64,000 nt of DNA from Lingula anatina. Lineage: Eukaryota; Animalia; Brachiopoda. The position numbers and the translations under genes were made by a program. The notes below the pieces were generated by a model. That model was not told where the DNA came from. It was given only the letters and a program-made list of their open reading frames with translations, and searched no databases. Where the stretch lies: NCBI GenBank assembly GCA_051362555.1, contig CM120642.1, positions 806,001-870,000 of the forward strand, read 5' to 3'. Of this stretch, positions 14,849 through 34,990 are shown piece after piece. Position 1 is the first letter of the stretch, and the number at the start of each line of letters is the position of its first letter.

Positions 14849-15034
14849 CTTTATTTATACATCTTCCATTCACTTCCTTATAGTTCTTCCAGCAATCCCC
14901 ACAATATGATGACTTACTAGTAGGATTACAGTGATATCGGAAATGTTTATAACAGTTGAGAACAGATGGGACACAGCGCGGCCGCTCAAACTCCAGAGAG
15001 TTAGCAATCAATCTCGGCTCCTCGTAACGTTCAC
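14849..15034 (-). CDS. NPDC1/cab-1-like gene, coding exon 2, six-Cys domain
   Basis: ttgtag acceptor, gtatgt donor, 186 bp; translates GERYEEPRLIANSLEFERPRCVPSVLNCYKHFRYHCNPTSKSSYCGDCWKNYKEVNGRCINK; C..C...R..C...CGxC...E..GxC spacing resembles the NPDC1 N-terminal Cys region. Confidence 0.75.
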
Positions 15035-16227
15035 CTACAAATAAGCAAACAGTTTTGAAACAATTATTTTAGACAGAAAATGTCACTTTTATTCACATTC
15101 AGTCTTGAAATTTATTTCCCCATCTTGATAAGTCTTAAAATGAAAATGTGTTTTCCCCATACTCATATATATGTACTGAGAATCTATTTTTCATTTCGAA
15201 AATTACAATAATTTATCATTTCAAAAATTACAATTATAAAAGGTAGCAAATTAGCAAGCATTATGATTACTAATTCGATAGAAAATAGTTGTATCACATA
15301 AAACTCTGATGTTCATCTAGCCTAATGTCTGCATGACACACTGTAACTTGATAATTGTGCTCATTACTTCACTTCACTTCTGTAGCAAAACAATCAAACA
15401 GTCTGATATACACATACAAATATATACACGGATTTTAATTAGTTTACTAATGTATGTAACAGTTATTGATAAGATGTCTGATGACAGAGCACTGAAACCT
15501 ATAACAAAAATCTTGTTGTAGTTGGAAGGCTGTTTCTTGATATACATTGTAAGGTTACTCTTTACTTTTTATCTCCCATGAAACATAACTGTTGAACGTA
15601 AACATTTCTTGTGCAGCAAAAAGGGCAACATTTGTCTTTTCTGAAATATTAACTTTTTCACCCAATATCATACTTAACTGGTAAGACTAGCTGGTAAGAC
15701 TAGCTGTTAACAAAACAGTCAGATCATGGAAGATAAGAGTATCTGTCAAACTGAATATATTTTATAATATGAATACTGATCAAATCTCGTCTCTGCTTTT
15801 CCGAGAATCTATCTACTGAATCTATAAAATGTAACGGGTTAACATGAAATTGTTTTCTGTTGTGTCCCTTGTGTTATTACTTAAGGGAGCATCATATTGA
15901 AAATACGATTTAGGGACTTGAGATTATTGCAGACATAGGCTATTTTTATTACAAAATTGGCTTTTATGGGTATCTAACGATAAATATTCTTAGCAACAGG
16001 GTAAATGGTGTACGTAAACCCTCCGTAAATAATTCAAAATATAAATTATAAAGGTAAACACAGCTGCAGGCAAACAAACCTACTGATACATTACCAGCAC
16101 GGCTGACAGAGTAAATACACAAACTGAGTGCGATATTGAATGACACTGGCAAAACATTTTTAATTCTGTACAGCGTCGAGAAAATGTCTGTAAAATGACA
16201 CTTGTTTTGATAAAACGTACAACTTAC

Positions 16228-16300
16228 CTTGATTAAACGCCCTCCCATAGCATAAGCAAATCACCAAGAATGACAGAAGTATGAAGAAAGTGGAATACAT
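16228..16300 (-). CDS. NPDC1/cab-1-like gene, coding exon 1 (signal peptide MYSTFFILLSFLVICLCYGRAFNQ)
   Basis: aaacATG start, hydrophobic core, AG|gtaagt donor, phase 1 matching the next exon. Confidence 0.75.
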
Positions 16301-16650
16301 GTTTAAAAGACTAATTTGTTACGATTACTACATACTATCCAGGCGACATCCTTACACGAACATATTCTCGCACAATATGGAACATCTCGCGAGATTTTAG
16401 TGTGGACAATTTTCATTTATCAGGGGGAGGTAAAAGAAAAACAATTATTTAGATAAAAGTCATTGTTGTACAGTTTACCAAGAACCATGGCATAAAAAGT
16501 TATAAAATTAGATAAATTAAATTAGTTTATAATAAGATAACACATGTTTTCTCTTACAAAACAAATTGAATTTGCTTAATCATGGCAATGTCCTTATTTT
16601 TCCCCCTCCCCCGATATAGTAATATATCTACGTGCCAAACGAAAACAAGC
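16301..16650. promoter_or_regulatory. Putative bidirectional promoter and 5' UTRs with TCTCGCGAGA palindrome (16385-16394)
   Basis: Two divergent start codons 350 bp apart; local CpG enrichment; perfect ATCTCGCGAGAT palindrome. Confidence 0.7.
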
Positions 16651-25084
<8,434 letters not shown>

Positions 25085-26377
25085 CAGCTGGATTTGGAGA
25101 AAATGACTAGAAGACATAAATAATTGTGAAATTAAACTGAAAATTGTTGAATTTTGAAGTTGTTAGAAAAGTTTGCTGAAGTATTCCTTTTGTATTTTAT
25201 TAGAAGAGACACAATGCTTGGGTACCTAGGCAGATTATTTAATAAATGAAATGCTTATGCAGCTGGTTTAGATGAACAAGTTTTGTTTCTAAAAAAATCC
25301 CCAATTCACCCCTGATGATGTGAAACCAAGTTTACTCCAGAAATCACAGGGATGACACTGACAGTAACTATGCAACATAAATAGAGACAAACTTGTGTTT
25401 TATATATATTTGTGAAAATAATTTTATATTTATAATCTACAGTTATTATATTAATGTATTAACTATATATTATAGTATATTTTATATAATGGTTTTCATA
25501 GTTTAAGGTTGATACAAGCTTAAATTTTAGCTTGGACATAATAAGAGATATTTTAAGGAGAGTGTTGAATTGTTTATTAGGTTTGTCAACATTTTCTTTT
25601 AAGTTTATTTATTATTTTATTTTTTTTTTCTGAAATTACTTGCCTCTGGAACTAATACATAGTCACTGCTTGCTCACATTTTTACCTGTATTTTATTAAC
25701 AATTGAGATGTGAATATTTTAGATCCTGTATCTTCTCCACACATCACTCCCACAATATTGATATGAGTGGTATTTTTCCAATTTTTACCAACTATTATTC
25801 TGATCTGGTGCTTGTATTTCAAGGCTTTGATATGAGGTTATCATGTTTACCTTGATTTAATTTTTTTTTCAGTATTTAGGATTTTCAGAAAGATAAGAAT
25901 TTGAAGTGCAATTTCACTGTTTTCATGTCAGTGTCTTTGTGAAAACAGATCATTTTAGAAGTTATAAGTTTTTAAGTTTCCAATGGGTGACAAATGTGGG
26001 CATATCTATTACTCCATGTTCCAAACAAGTGGAAATTGTATCAAAAGTCAGTGAATATACAGTTATTGGATCTGGCTTGTTAAATTTATACTTTCCTGTG
26101 GACTGTTAACCATAAGCAAGCTTCTTTGAACTGGTATTATTGAAGACTTGATTGTTTAAGATGTCTACTTTTGTTGAAAAATACATGTAGGTTTATACTT
26201 AGAACTACTTATTCGAGAAAAATGAAGATATTATAAACAGTGTCTTTTGACCTCATGAATATGTCATACTGTTTTAAAGTGTTTTTTCAAATTCTTTTCA
26301 TTCTTTGCTGCTGTAGCTGTAATAATCTTTTTTCTGTTCACAGTTTTCTGTATGTTTGATTTTGTTTAAAGGAATCA

Positions 26378-26386
26378 ATAATAAAT
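26378..26386 (+). terminator. Candidate polyadenylation signal (AATAATAAA) of the adaptor gene
   Basis: AATAAA ~1.3 kb after the stop, just before TRIM-unit homology begins; an earlier AATAAA exists near 25241. Confidence 0.4.
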
Positions 26387-26609
26387 GTTTTTATACAGGG
26401 CTTTTATCATTTAATGTTGCTGAGATAAAAAAATGTCTATTGGATAGTATGTCATAGCAATGTCATGTCATAGCTTGTTTAAAATGGAAATGTTTCAAAC
26501 ATGGGTGCTATTTATTATTATTTTTTTTTAATCCCTTCCACTTGAACAAATTTTATATGCTTTCATTTGCTATATCTGTCACTGTGTTAAAATTATAACA
26601 ATCATTTTT

Positions 26610-29297
26610 ATGTACAGACACAGATGTGTCTGTACATATTGCCATCACCTGCGTCTGTCGTCGCCGTCGCCGATGGCGATGGCGATGCCGAAGGCGATGG
26701 CGATGCCGGCGCCGTGCACTTTCCTTGTAAACACGATAAGTGGAGGTCAGTTTTACTTTTTGGCTTTATATTTACAGAGCTGATGAATATTCATAAAACG
26801 CAGGTCAAGTTCGAAAATCAGCATGATCGGGCCATTATTGTAGAAGTTATGCTGTTTTTTCACTTTTCAGCATATTTTTCACATTTCCTCAGATTCAATT
26901 CTTAGGCATGTTAACAGTCTCATTATTATTAAACTAATAAGATACGTTAAAGTTTTTGTTTGACATTTCCTACATCTTTACAACATTGTTAGTTGATTTT
27001 GTAAAAATGATGGTAAACTTGTTATCGTGTATTGTGTAATAAAGTTTCAAAAATGGAAATAAACTCGTATCATTGCAGTTTGTCAGATTCAATCATTCAC
27101 TATGTTCAGAATCTCGGAATGGAAGAAATTGGACATTTAACACTGCTCTATTGATATTTTTCCCATCTCATCAATTTTCTTAGTTGATCATATAAAAATG
27201 GCAGTAAACTGTTAATTTTGTTTTATGTTAAAAAATGTTAAAAATGGGAAAAAAAACATTTCAGAACAGGCTGTCTTGTTTACATTTTGGCATTTTCAAG
27301 TTGTGACTTTGAAGTTCCATGGGCCTGAAGACCTTTTCTAGTCACATTTTCTGAATACCCATGATACTAATATTTTATTATTAAAAATTGATGGTCATTA
27401 TGCTGTTAAACATTATGTAATATTGCATCAAAATTTGAAAAAACCTATTTTGGGCACTGCTCCCATGATGACCATTTAAGAAAAACCATGTCACTTACTG
27501 TTCTCAAACAGTACAGTAAATATATATAGATGTGTCTGTACATATTGCCATCACCTGCCTCTGTCGTCCCCGTCATTGCCGTCGCCGTTGCCGTGCACTT
27601 TCATTGTAAACACGATAAGTGGAAGGCAGTTTTACTTTTTGGCTTTATATTTACAGAGCTGATGAATATTCATAAAACGCAGGTCAAGTTCGAAAATCAG
27701 CATGATCGGGTCATTATTGTAGAAGTTATGCTTTATTTTTCACTTTTCAGCATATATGAAACACTGTAAACACATTCCAAGGAAAACCGATAGGCCTGTT
27801 GTCATGAAACTCACAGGAGTAATCTATCTTACTAAAACGCAGGTCAAGTTAGAAAATCGGCATGATCAGGCCACTATTTTAGTAGTTATGCTTTTTTTTC
27901 ACTTTTCAGCATATATGCAACACTGTAAACACAATATAAGAAAAACAGATAGGCCAATTGTCATTAACTCACAGGAGTGGTCAATCCTTCTAAAACGCAG
28001 GTTGAGTTAAAAGATCAGCATAATCGGGCCATTATTTTAGAAGTTATGTTGTTTTTTTCACATTTTCTCAGATTCAATTCTTAGGCATGTTAACAGTTTC
28101 ATTATTTAATTAATAAGATATTAAAAGTGTTTGTTTGACATTTCCTGCATCTTTACAACATTTTTAGTTGATTTTGTAAAAATGATGGTTAATTTATTAT
28201 CATGCATTGTGTAATAAAGTTTCAAAAATGGAAATAAACTCATATCATTGCAGTTTGTCAGATTCAATCATTCACTATGTTCAGAATCTCAGAATGGAAG
28301 AAATTGGACATTTAACACTGCTCTATTGATATTTTTCCCATCTCATCAATTTTTTTAGTTGATCATATAAAAATGGCAGTAAACTGTTAATTTTGTTTTA
28401 TGTTAAAAAATGTTGAAAATGGAAAAAAAAAAAACATTTCAGAATAGTGCTGTCTTGTTTACATTTTGGCATTTTCAAGTTGTGACTTTGAAGTTCCATG
28501 GGCCTGAAGACCTTTGCTAGTCACATTTTCTGAATATCCATGATACTAATATTTTATTATTAAAAATTGATGGTCATTATGCTGTTAAACATTATGTAAT
28601 ATTGCATCAAAATTTGAAAAAACCTATTTTGGGCACTGCTCCCATGATGACCATTTAAGAAAAACCATGTCAGTTACTGTTCTCAAACTTACAGGAAAGA
28701 AACATGGGACTAAAATATAGCTTCAGTAGGCAATGCAATCCGCCAGTTAAACAGTTTTTTTGTGAAATTTTAATTTTTCACATCTTGACATTTTCAAGGT
28801 GTGACTTTGAAGTTCCACAGGCTTGAAGACCCATGCTTGTCACATTTTCTGAAAATCCATGATACGTATATTTTATTATTAAAAATTGATTGTCATTATG
28901 CTGGTAACCATTATGTAATATTGCATCAGAATAGAAGAAAACACAATTTTGGGTGCTGCTGCCATGATGACCATTATGGGAAAACCATGTTACTTATGAT
29001 TGCCAAACTTTCAAAAAGAAATACAGGACTAAAATGCAGCCTGAGTTGGAAAAGCAGTCTAATTGACTTCTTTTTCTGGAAGTTTTACATTTTCAAAGGG
29101 TGAACTTGAACTCCCATGGGCCTGAAGCTTTATGTTTGTTACACATTTTACTTACATTGGTATTACCTGTTTAGCATAATTAGAATTTGATGTTGAATTT
29201 GCAGTTTAACATAATGCACTTTTGCATCAGAATTGACAGTAGCCTATTTTGTTATTTCCTGCTTTTTGTCTGTACATTTGACAGCTTTGCTGCCTTG
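26610..29297 (+). mobile_element. Helentron/HINE-like element with internal tandem and segmental duplications
   Basis: 5' ATGTACAGACACAGATGTGTCTGTACAT hairpin plus (GTCGCC)n, 3' TGTCTGTACAT and short hairpin; 5' part restarts at ~27528; empty site AATAATTTTTGACAATGCTG at ~36875. Confidence 0.8.
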
Positions 29298-30489
29298 TTG
29301 ACAATGCTGAGAGTCAGTGGCCACAGTGACAACATGGACTCACACAGGCAATAAGAATATATGATGACTACCAGTATTTAATAACTGAAATGTGTTTACT
29401 TTTAGATATAAAGAAAAGAATGTATTATCAGAATAATCTGGTAATCCATGTTTGTCATTGATATAGGAGGAATTTGGAATTAAGTGGTATAAAATTTAAC
29501 ATATAAAAGAGTAAATTCATTGATACATTAAAAAAATAAATTAAAAAAGCATTGTGAGATTTTTGGGATAAAATGCAAGAAGCTCTGCTCAAACTAGCAT
29601 ACAAATTTTCTGAAAGACTAAATTTAATATGAATATATAACCAAATATTTTATACACAAACACTGTAAATGTTTGCATATATTTGGATCTCTATCTCATC
29701 ACTGCTGGACAATTCTGTTGTCTTTTTGATAGGGCAGGATTTTTTTAAAGTTCTTGCATTATATATAAGAATTCAAATAAAGCTGAGACGGAAAATTCAT
29801 TGGATATTCATTTTAATCTGTTTTTTGTGAAAAGTGGCCAGGTAATTTTTAAGAAAATATATTTCAGGGTTGCCCCATAATTCCTAAATGGTAATTGCAA
29901 CAGGGTATAAAATATAATTGTATTCAGGTAGATAGATCCAGACCTTTTTCTAACATGTCTGTATTAGGGAGGTGAAGTCATTCTAAATATAACACTACAA
30001 CTGAAGAAAAATAGAGTAGAGTAATATATAGAACGTCTGTTATTATTGTCCAGTCCATAGGTAACCAGTGGCAGGGAGACGGGGGGGGGGGGCGTTACCT
30101 AGAAGATCTTACCCTTTTATTTTTAAGGAAATAAAAATTTAAATGGATACTAAAAAAGACCATTAAAAGAGCATATAAAGCTATATCACAGTGAGAGGGA
30201 GAGAGAGATAACTTTGGGATAATATTAATTGGTGAAAACAGGGTAAGGTGGAGAAATTACTTCATTGTGAAAACTATGCATTCTTCAATTCTCTGAAATT
30301 ATCACGTGATGAAATTATAAATAATGGACAAGTTTTATCAGATTTGTGAAAAGGAGGGTCAGAAATCACTCAGACAAATTATATGTCAAATTGCATTCCA
30401 ACGAAAGACTAAGACTAACTGGGTCTAGATTGATTTTAAATATACCTTACGTAAATATGGGTTGTAAAGCTATACATTGACCTCTTTAC

Positions 30490-31222
30490 AGTACCCTCAA
30501 CTGCAACCTTGACGGCTGGAAGGATGTAGCACGGAAATTCAGTTCCCGTTGGAACTTTTATCACACGTGCGGAGCAATTGATGGGAAGCATGTGGCAATC
30601 AAGAAACCAAAGAAGAGTGGCTCTCTGTACTTCAACTACAAGGGGTTCTTTTCAATTGTCCTGCTGGCCATAGTTGATGCTGAGTACAACCAAGGAGTTA
30701 TAACAGATATAACTCCTTGGTACAACTTCGTTTGGTGTATGGTTGGCGCCAATGGCTCCTCATCTGCTGTTGGTGTGTATAACATTTCTTCAATTAGACG
30801 TGCCCTGGAGCAGACGAAGGATGTCTCACAAGGAACATGTCTTCAATTACACGCTTTCACGATTGAAAGATTGAAGATTGAAGGGTTGTCGAGAATGGAT
30901 TCGGAATTCTTTCCCATCGTTGGAGATGCCTCCTAACCACTCTGCATCTGTCTCCGCGTCGGCCCATAACTGTGGTACAAGCGTGGCACTGCACAACCTT
31001 CTGCGCAGACATAGGCCTCAACTTGCATTGGCTGATGTGGACCAAGAGGATGATGATGGCAATGTTGTCCCCGGAGCTTGGAGAGATGGAGTGCAGATGG
31101 CAAATCCCAACCTTGTTGGAGGCCAACCCATAACCAGGGAGGGCATGATCATCAGGAACTATTTGGGAGACTATTACAGCAGTGACATTGGGCGTCTACC
31201 ATGGCAGGACAACATTGAGTAG
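30490..31222 (+). pseudogene. Degenerate PIF/Harbinger transposase (HARBI1-like DDE)
   Basis: RWNFYHTCGAIDGKHVAIKKP..SGSLYFNYKGFFSIVLLAIVDAEY and ALHNLLRR motifs; frameshifts and internal deletion. Confidence 0.9.
30691..30719. mobile_element. 29-bp hairpin with 7-bp TSD (P-element-like mini-element or footprint)
   Basis: GTACAAC|CAAGGAGTTATA-ACAGA-TATAACTCCTTG|GTACAAC interrupts the Harbinger transposase in frame. Confidence 0.75.
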
Positions 31223-31474
31223 ACATTGGATAGTCTGTTACAAACTTTATTTCCATCAAAGTTGAATGAAACTTATATTGTGCAGTGCAGTGTAATGATT
31301 GTGTTGAAATTATTTTCATATAAATGTGCTCGTGGTATGTTTTGATGTTTAATGTAACAATAAAAGTTACTTAAACATGCATTGTGCCTCCTTTTTCCAC
31401 CTTAATTAGAAAAGCAAGGGAGAGAAAGAGTCGCTTTTAAGTTAGATTGTTGCAACCGTAAAAATAATACTTAA

Positions 31475-31752
31475 AAGGGGAAATATCCCAGTAAACACCA
31501 AATTTTATAAAAACACCATTAAAATATTTCCATATTATTGTAAAATTAGCATGATTCTAAATTCCTTTTTAAAAAAATCATAAACGACCAAAATGTTTTT
31601 TAATGTTTTGACATCATGCATAAGGTTGATATGCCTTTTACATGTATTATGATCGTTGGCCATATATTTATAAATATTTTAAAAACATTTAAAACCGTAC
31701 ATCGTAAGATTATTGTGTTTTCTACGATCCTAGATCTCTTGGAGAGTTCCCT
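31475..31752. mobile_element. Degenerate TTAA-flanked (Kolobok-like) MITE
   Basis: TTAA|AAGGGGAAATATCC ... GGAGAGTTCCCT|TTAA; termini imperfect. Confidence 0.4.
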
Positions 31753-32338
31753 TTAAAATAAAATCAAATTTAAGAAGATTTATAAAGAAAAACAGTGTAA
31801 ATTTTGGTTAATATTTCCCTCATCATTTAGATAAATTAAACTTCCCAAAGTGAAATACTTTAAAAATTAATAATTCATTAAGTTATTGAAATACTAGGTT
31901 TTATTTTTCATAGCCAAACATAAAAAGCATGAAACAGATATTTCAAATACAAATTTAAAATCATTCCTCATTAGATGGTTCGATGATACACCCCACGGGT
32001 TCAGCAGAGGCAGAGATGATCTTCCTGTCGTGTTTCCCCTGCTTCTTCACTGACTATGTCCACTGCTTCCAAGAGCCTTGATGACTCTCTTGTTGCTTGG
32101 CTTGTCCCCGGCCCCCTTTCCCCCCTCTTGCTCTTTGTTGGATTTTTTTGGCATTTTCTACACGTTAGATCCAAGGGTAAAGTGATGGATTTTTGTGTAT
32201 GCTTCATCCGCACGGACCGCGAGTATAAAAAGCCTAGGTCCCAACTACGTTTTGGACGCACGGTTTTTTGGTTCCTTGCGTCCGGCTAGGACGTAGCTAG
32301 ATCGCACGTGGCGGCTGTTGATCATGTCGAAAAGTTAA

Positions 32339-32604
32339 GCCTAGGTCCCAACTACGTTTTGGACGCACGTTTTTTTTTGTTTTGGTTCCTTGATTCTGGC
32401 TAGGACGTAGCTTGATCGCACGTAGCGGCTGTTGATCATGTCGAAAAGTTTCTACGTGCTGTTTGCGTCCTCCAAAAGTCGCACGATGGACGTGCTCCTC
32501 ACGCACGAACTCCTTCCCTATCCCTTCCCTGCGATCTAGCTACGTCCTAGATGGACGCAAGGAACCTAAAAACCGTGCGTCCAAAACGTAGTTGGGACCT
32601 AGGC
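32339..32604. mobile_element. Harbinger-type MITE nested in the subterminal region of a related element
   Basis: TAA|GCCTAGGTCCCAACTACGTTTTGGACGCACG ... CGTGCGTCCAAAACGTAGTTGGGACCTAGGC|TAA; extra copy of the left end at 32232. Confidence 0.7.
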
Positions 32605-33166
32605 TAAAGGAGGAGCATAATCTAGTCAGCCTACATGCACGACGCCTGTGAGGTCCATACGGTGGGGGCATGAAAGTACGGAGTAAGCACGGACTGAGCA
32701 AGGAATAAGTACGTGTACCGTGCGCCTTAACCACGTGCATCGCCCGCACCATAGCCACCCAAGCGCAATGGGATAAAAACAATTTCCACACGTGTCCCGT
32801 GCGACAATTTGAGGTTTCGTAGACCGCACGTAGCGGTTGTTGATCATATCGAAAAGCCCTACGTGCTGTTTCTACGTCCTCCAAAAGTCGCACGATGGAC
32901 GTGCTCCTCACACACGAACTCCCACGTTTTCCCCATTTTTTTGGCCGTAGACCACACGTAACAGCCCGTACGTTCGGTTGAGACCTAGGCTTAAGTGACT
33001 GATGATCTCCTTCTACATCATGATAAAACGAGATCATCATTATAATATTCTCAGTTCATTATGTACACTGTGGAATGTTTTATTATAGTTTCTTGGCAGG
33101 TTTCCTACAACTCAATAGCAACGTCTGACTTTTAATGATTGACAATATGTAAAATGTAAACAGCAT

Positions 33167-34990
33167 TTATTGTAAGTACTGGAATGTCTTTACTTTGCCT
33201 TCATCCTCTGCCACTACCAGCTGGCCAGCAGGGTTGATGGCTAATGCTCTGGGAAACTTCAACCCATCCTCCTTAGTGACAATGTTTCTGATTAACTGTC
33301 CCTGTGGACTCAGCGCCATTATTCTGTGGTTCCAACTGTCAGCAATGAAGATGTGACCATATCTGTCTGTGCACACTCCCTGTGGAAACCTCAGATTACC
33401 TCTGCCATATCGGTACAGCCGATTACCATTAGGTGACAGCACAAGTACACAGACAGTGTCCCAGTCAGATATCACAATGTTATCATTCACACTGTTCACT
33501 GTGATGTACACTGGGTATTCACACATACTGAGTGGAATAGGAATAGTGTTCAGGAGCTGTCCACTGTCTGCATGGAATGTGAAGATGGCTTTTTTTCTCC
33601 TGTCACAAACCATCACATGACCTTGTCTGTTTAGTGTTACACCACATGGACCCCCCAGTTGACCCTGACCCATGGCTGTCACCTGCTGACCTCTGGTGGA
33701 GTACACTTGGACACATCTGTTACGCCGTGATGTTATATACAGGTGACCAGTCTGTGACACAGCCATATCAAATGGACTGTTTACTTTAAAGCCAAACTTG
33801 AATTGACCATCATGTGTGAATACCGCTGTTATATTTTTTTTGTTAGCTCTATCCACAATAAACATGTGTTGCTCATCTATGGCCAACCCAGTTGTGGACA
33901 TGAATTCATTGTCTTTCAGTCTAGGACAGAAGTTGTTCACACATTTTGCCTTTTTTAAGAAAACAGGACGATGTGAAGCTGATCGTGGATTCGGTAGATT
34001 TGCCCTCAGTCTAAGAGGTCTAGGAGGTTTTAACTCTGCTCTCACCTGTCCTAACATGGCTTCCAGTTTAGTATCAGATAAGCGATCAGGGCTGTAGGAT
34101 ATCTCTGCTGGTATGTCTGGAGTTGGCACTGGCATTTTCTCCATCACTGTCAGTCTCTCTGTCAGAGCTTTAGTATGAATCATGATGTCAGAGTCGGAAC
34201 CATTTGTTTTAAGTTCCTGAGCAAAATTGCAAGCACTGTGCAAGGAGGCATGGTGAAGTTCAAGGGTGTCCTTGTTGGCCTCCTTCTGCTTTTTTCTGAT
34301 ATCATAAGCAGAATTTAATTCTAATATCAGTATCTGCTCTCTCTGATCTACCAATCTTCGAATACGTTGAGCATGTTCTTTGATTTTGTTGATGGAGGTT
34401 GCCCTGATTCGTAATTCTGCAATTTCACTGGCTGTTTCCATGGCAACTGCTTCCTTGAACATGTTTAGTTTTGGCAAAGTTTTCACAAGGACAGTTTTAA
34501 CCTTGTTTCGATTGGCATTTGCAAGTTTTTCAACAGGCACAATACCATGTCTATAGTGTTCTGTTGATACACAGTCACCACATACAATGGTATCATCATC
34601 TTCACAGTAGTATTTTAGCTTATTATCAGGATGTTTCTCACAACTGATGGTCATTTCTGTAGTGGCTTGTGTCACTGCTGTTACATTGGTCTGTTCACTC
34701 TCTAATATCGATCTATCTGCTTGTTGCTGGGTTATGATGTCCCCGGCCTTGCTAAAGACAAAGTTCTTTTTCAGTTGATTAAGTCCTCCAGCTGGAAACT
34801 GGATTTCTTCCCGGCAAATGGGGCATAGAAATGTTCTATTTGGAGTTTGAGTTCTCTTAGCATAGTCAGATATACAACCATAGCAAAATGTATGGTAGCA
34901 CGGCAGCACACGAGGGTCTTCATACTTTCCCAGACAGATGCTACACGTTAAGAGACTATCTGTGAAAGCTGCTGCCTGCGCCTCGGCCAT
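33167..34990 (-). CDS. TRIM-NHL protein copy 1 (RING-Bbox2-coiled coil-NHL), 607 aa, intronless CDS
   Basis: RING CSIC..PCYHTFCYGC..CPIC, B-box CEKH..YYCEDD..CGDC..HYRH, helical region, NHL repeats (PxGV..GHIFIADSWNHRI); ATG MAEA 18 nt inside the track ORF. Confidence 0.93.
   Translation of the reverse strand: MAEAQAAAFTDSLLTCSICLGKYEDPRVLPCYHTFCYGCISDYAKRTQTPNRTFLCPICREEIQFPAGGLNQLKKNFVFSKAGDIITQQQADRSILESEQTNVTAVTQATTEMTISCEKHPDNKLKYYCEDDDTIVCGDCVSTEHYRHGIVPVEKLANANRNKVKTVLVKTLPKLNMFKEAVAMETASEIAELRIRATSINKIKEHAQRIRRLVDQREQILILELNSAYDIRKKQKEANKDTLELHHASLHSACNFAQELKTNGSDSDIMIHTKALTERLTVMEKMPVPTPDIPAEISYSPDRLSDTKLEAMLGQVRAELKPPRPLRLRANLPNPRSASHRPVFLKKAKCVNNFCPRLKDNEFMSTTGLAIDEQHMFIVDRANKKNITAVFTHDGQFKFGFKVNSPFDMAVSQTGHLYITSRRNRCVQVYSTRGQQVTAMGQGQLGGPCGVTLNRQGHVMVCDRRKKAIFTFHADSGQLLNTIPIPLSMCEYPVYITVNSVNDNIVISDWDTVCVLVLSPNGNRLYRYGRGNLRFPQGVCTDRYGHIFIADSWNHRIMALSPQGQLIRNIVTKEDGLKFPRALAINPAGQLVVAEDEGKVKTFQYLQ

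Larger units (their letters stand above)
30490..32990 (+). mobile_element. Left-truncated Harbinger element ending ...GGTTGAGACCTAGGC|TTA
   Basis: Transposase remnant, CACGT-rich subterminal repeats, terminus followed by TTA, after which TRIM 3'-flank homology resumes. Confidence 0.65.

Noticed and set aside
15964-16248. ORF starting MGGRLIK as a myristoylated first exon
   Set aside because: Phase 0 splicing to the next exon hits TGA after 8 codons; the upstream ATG at 16300 gives an open signal-peptide frame
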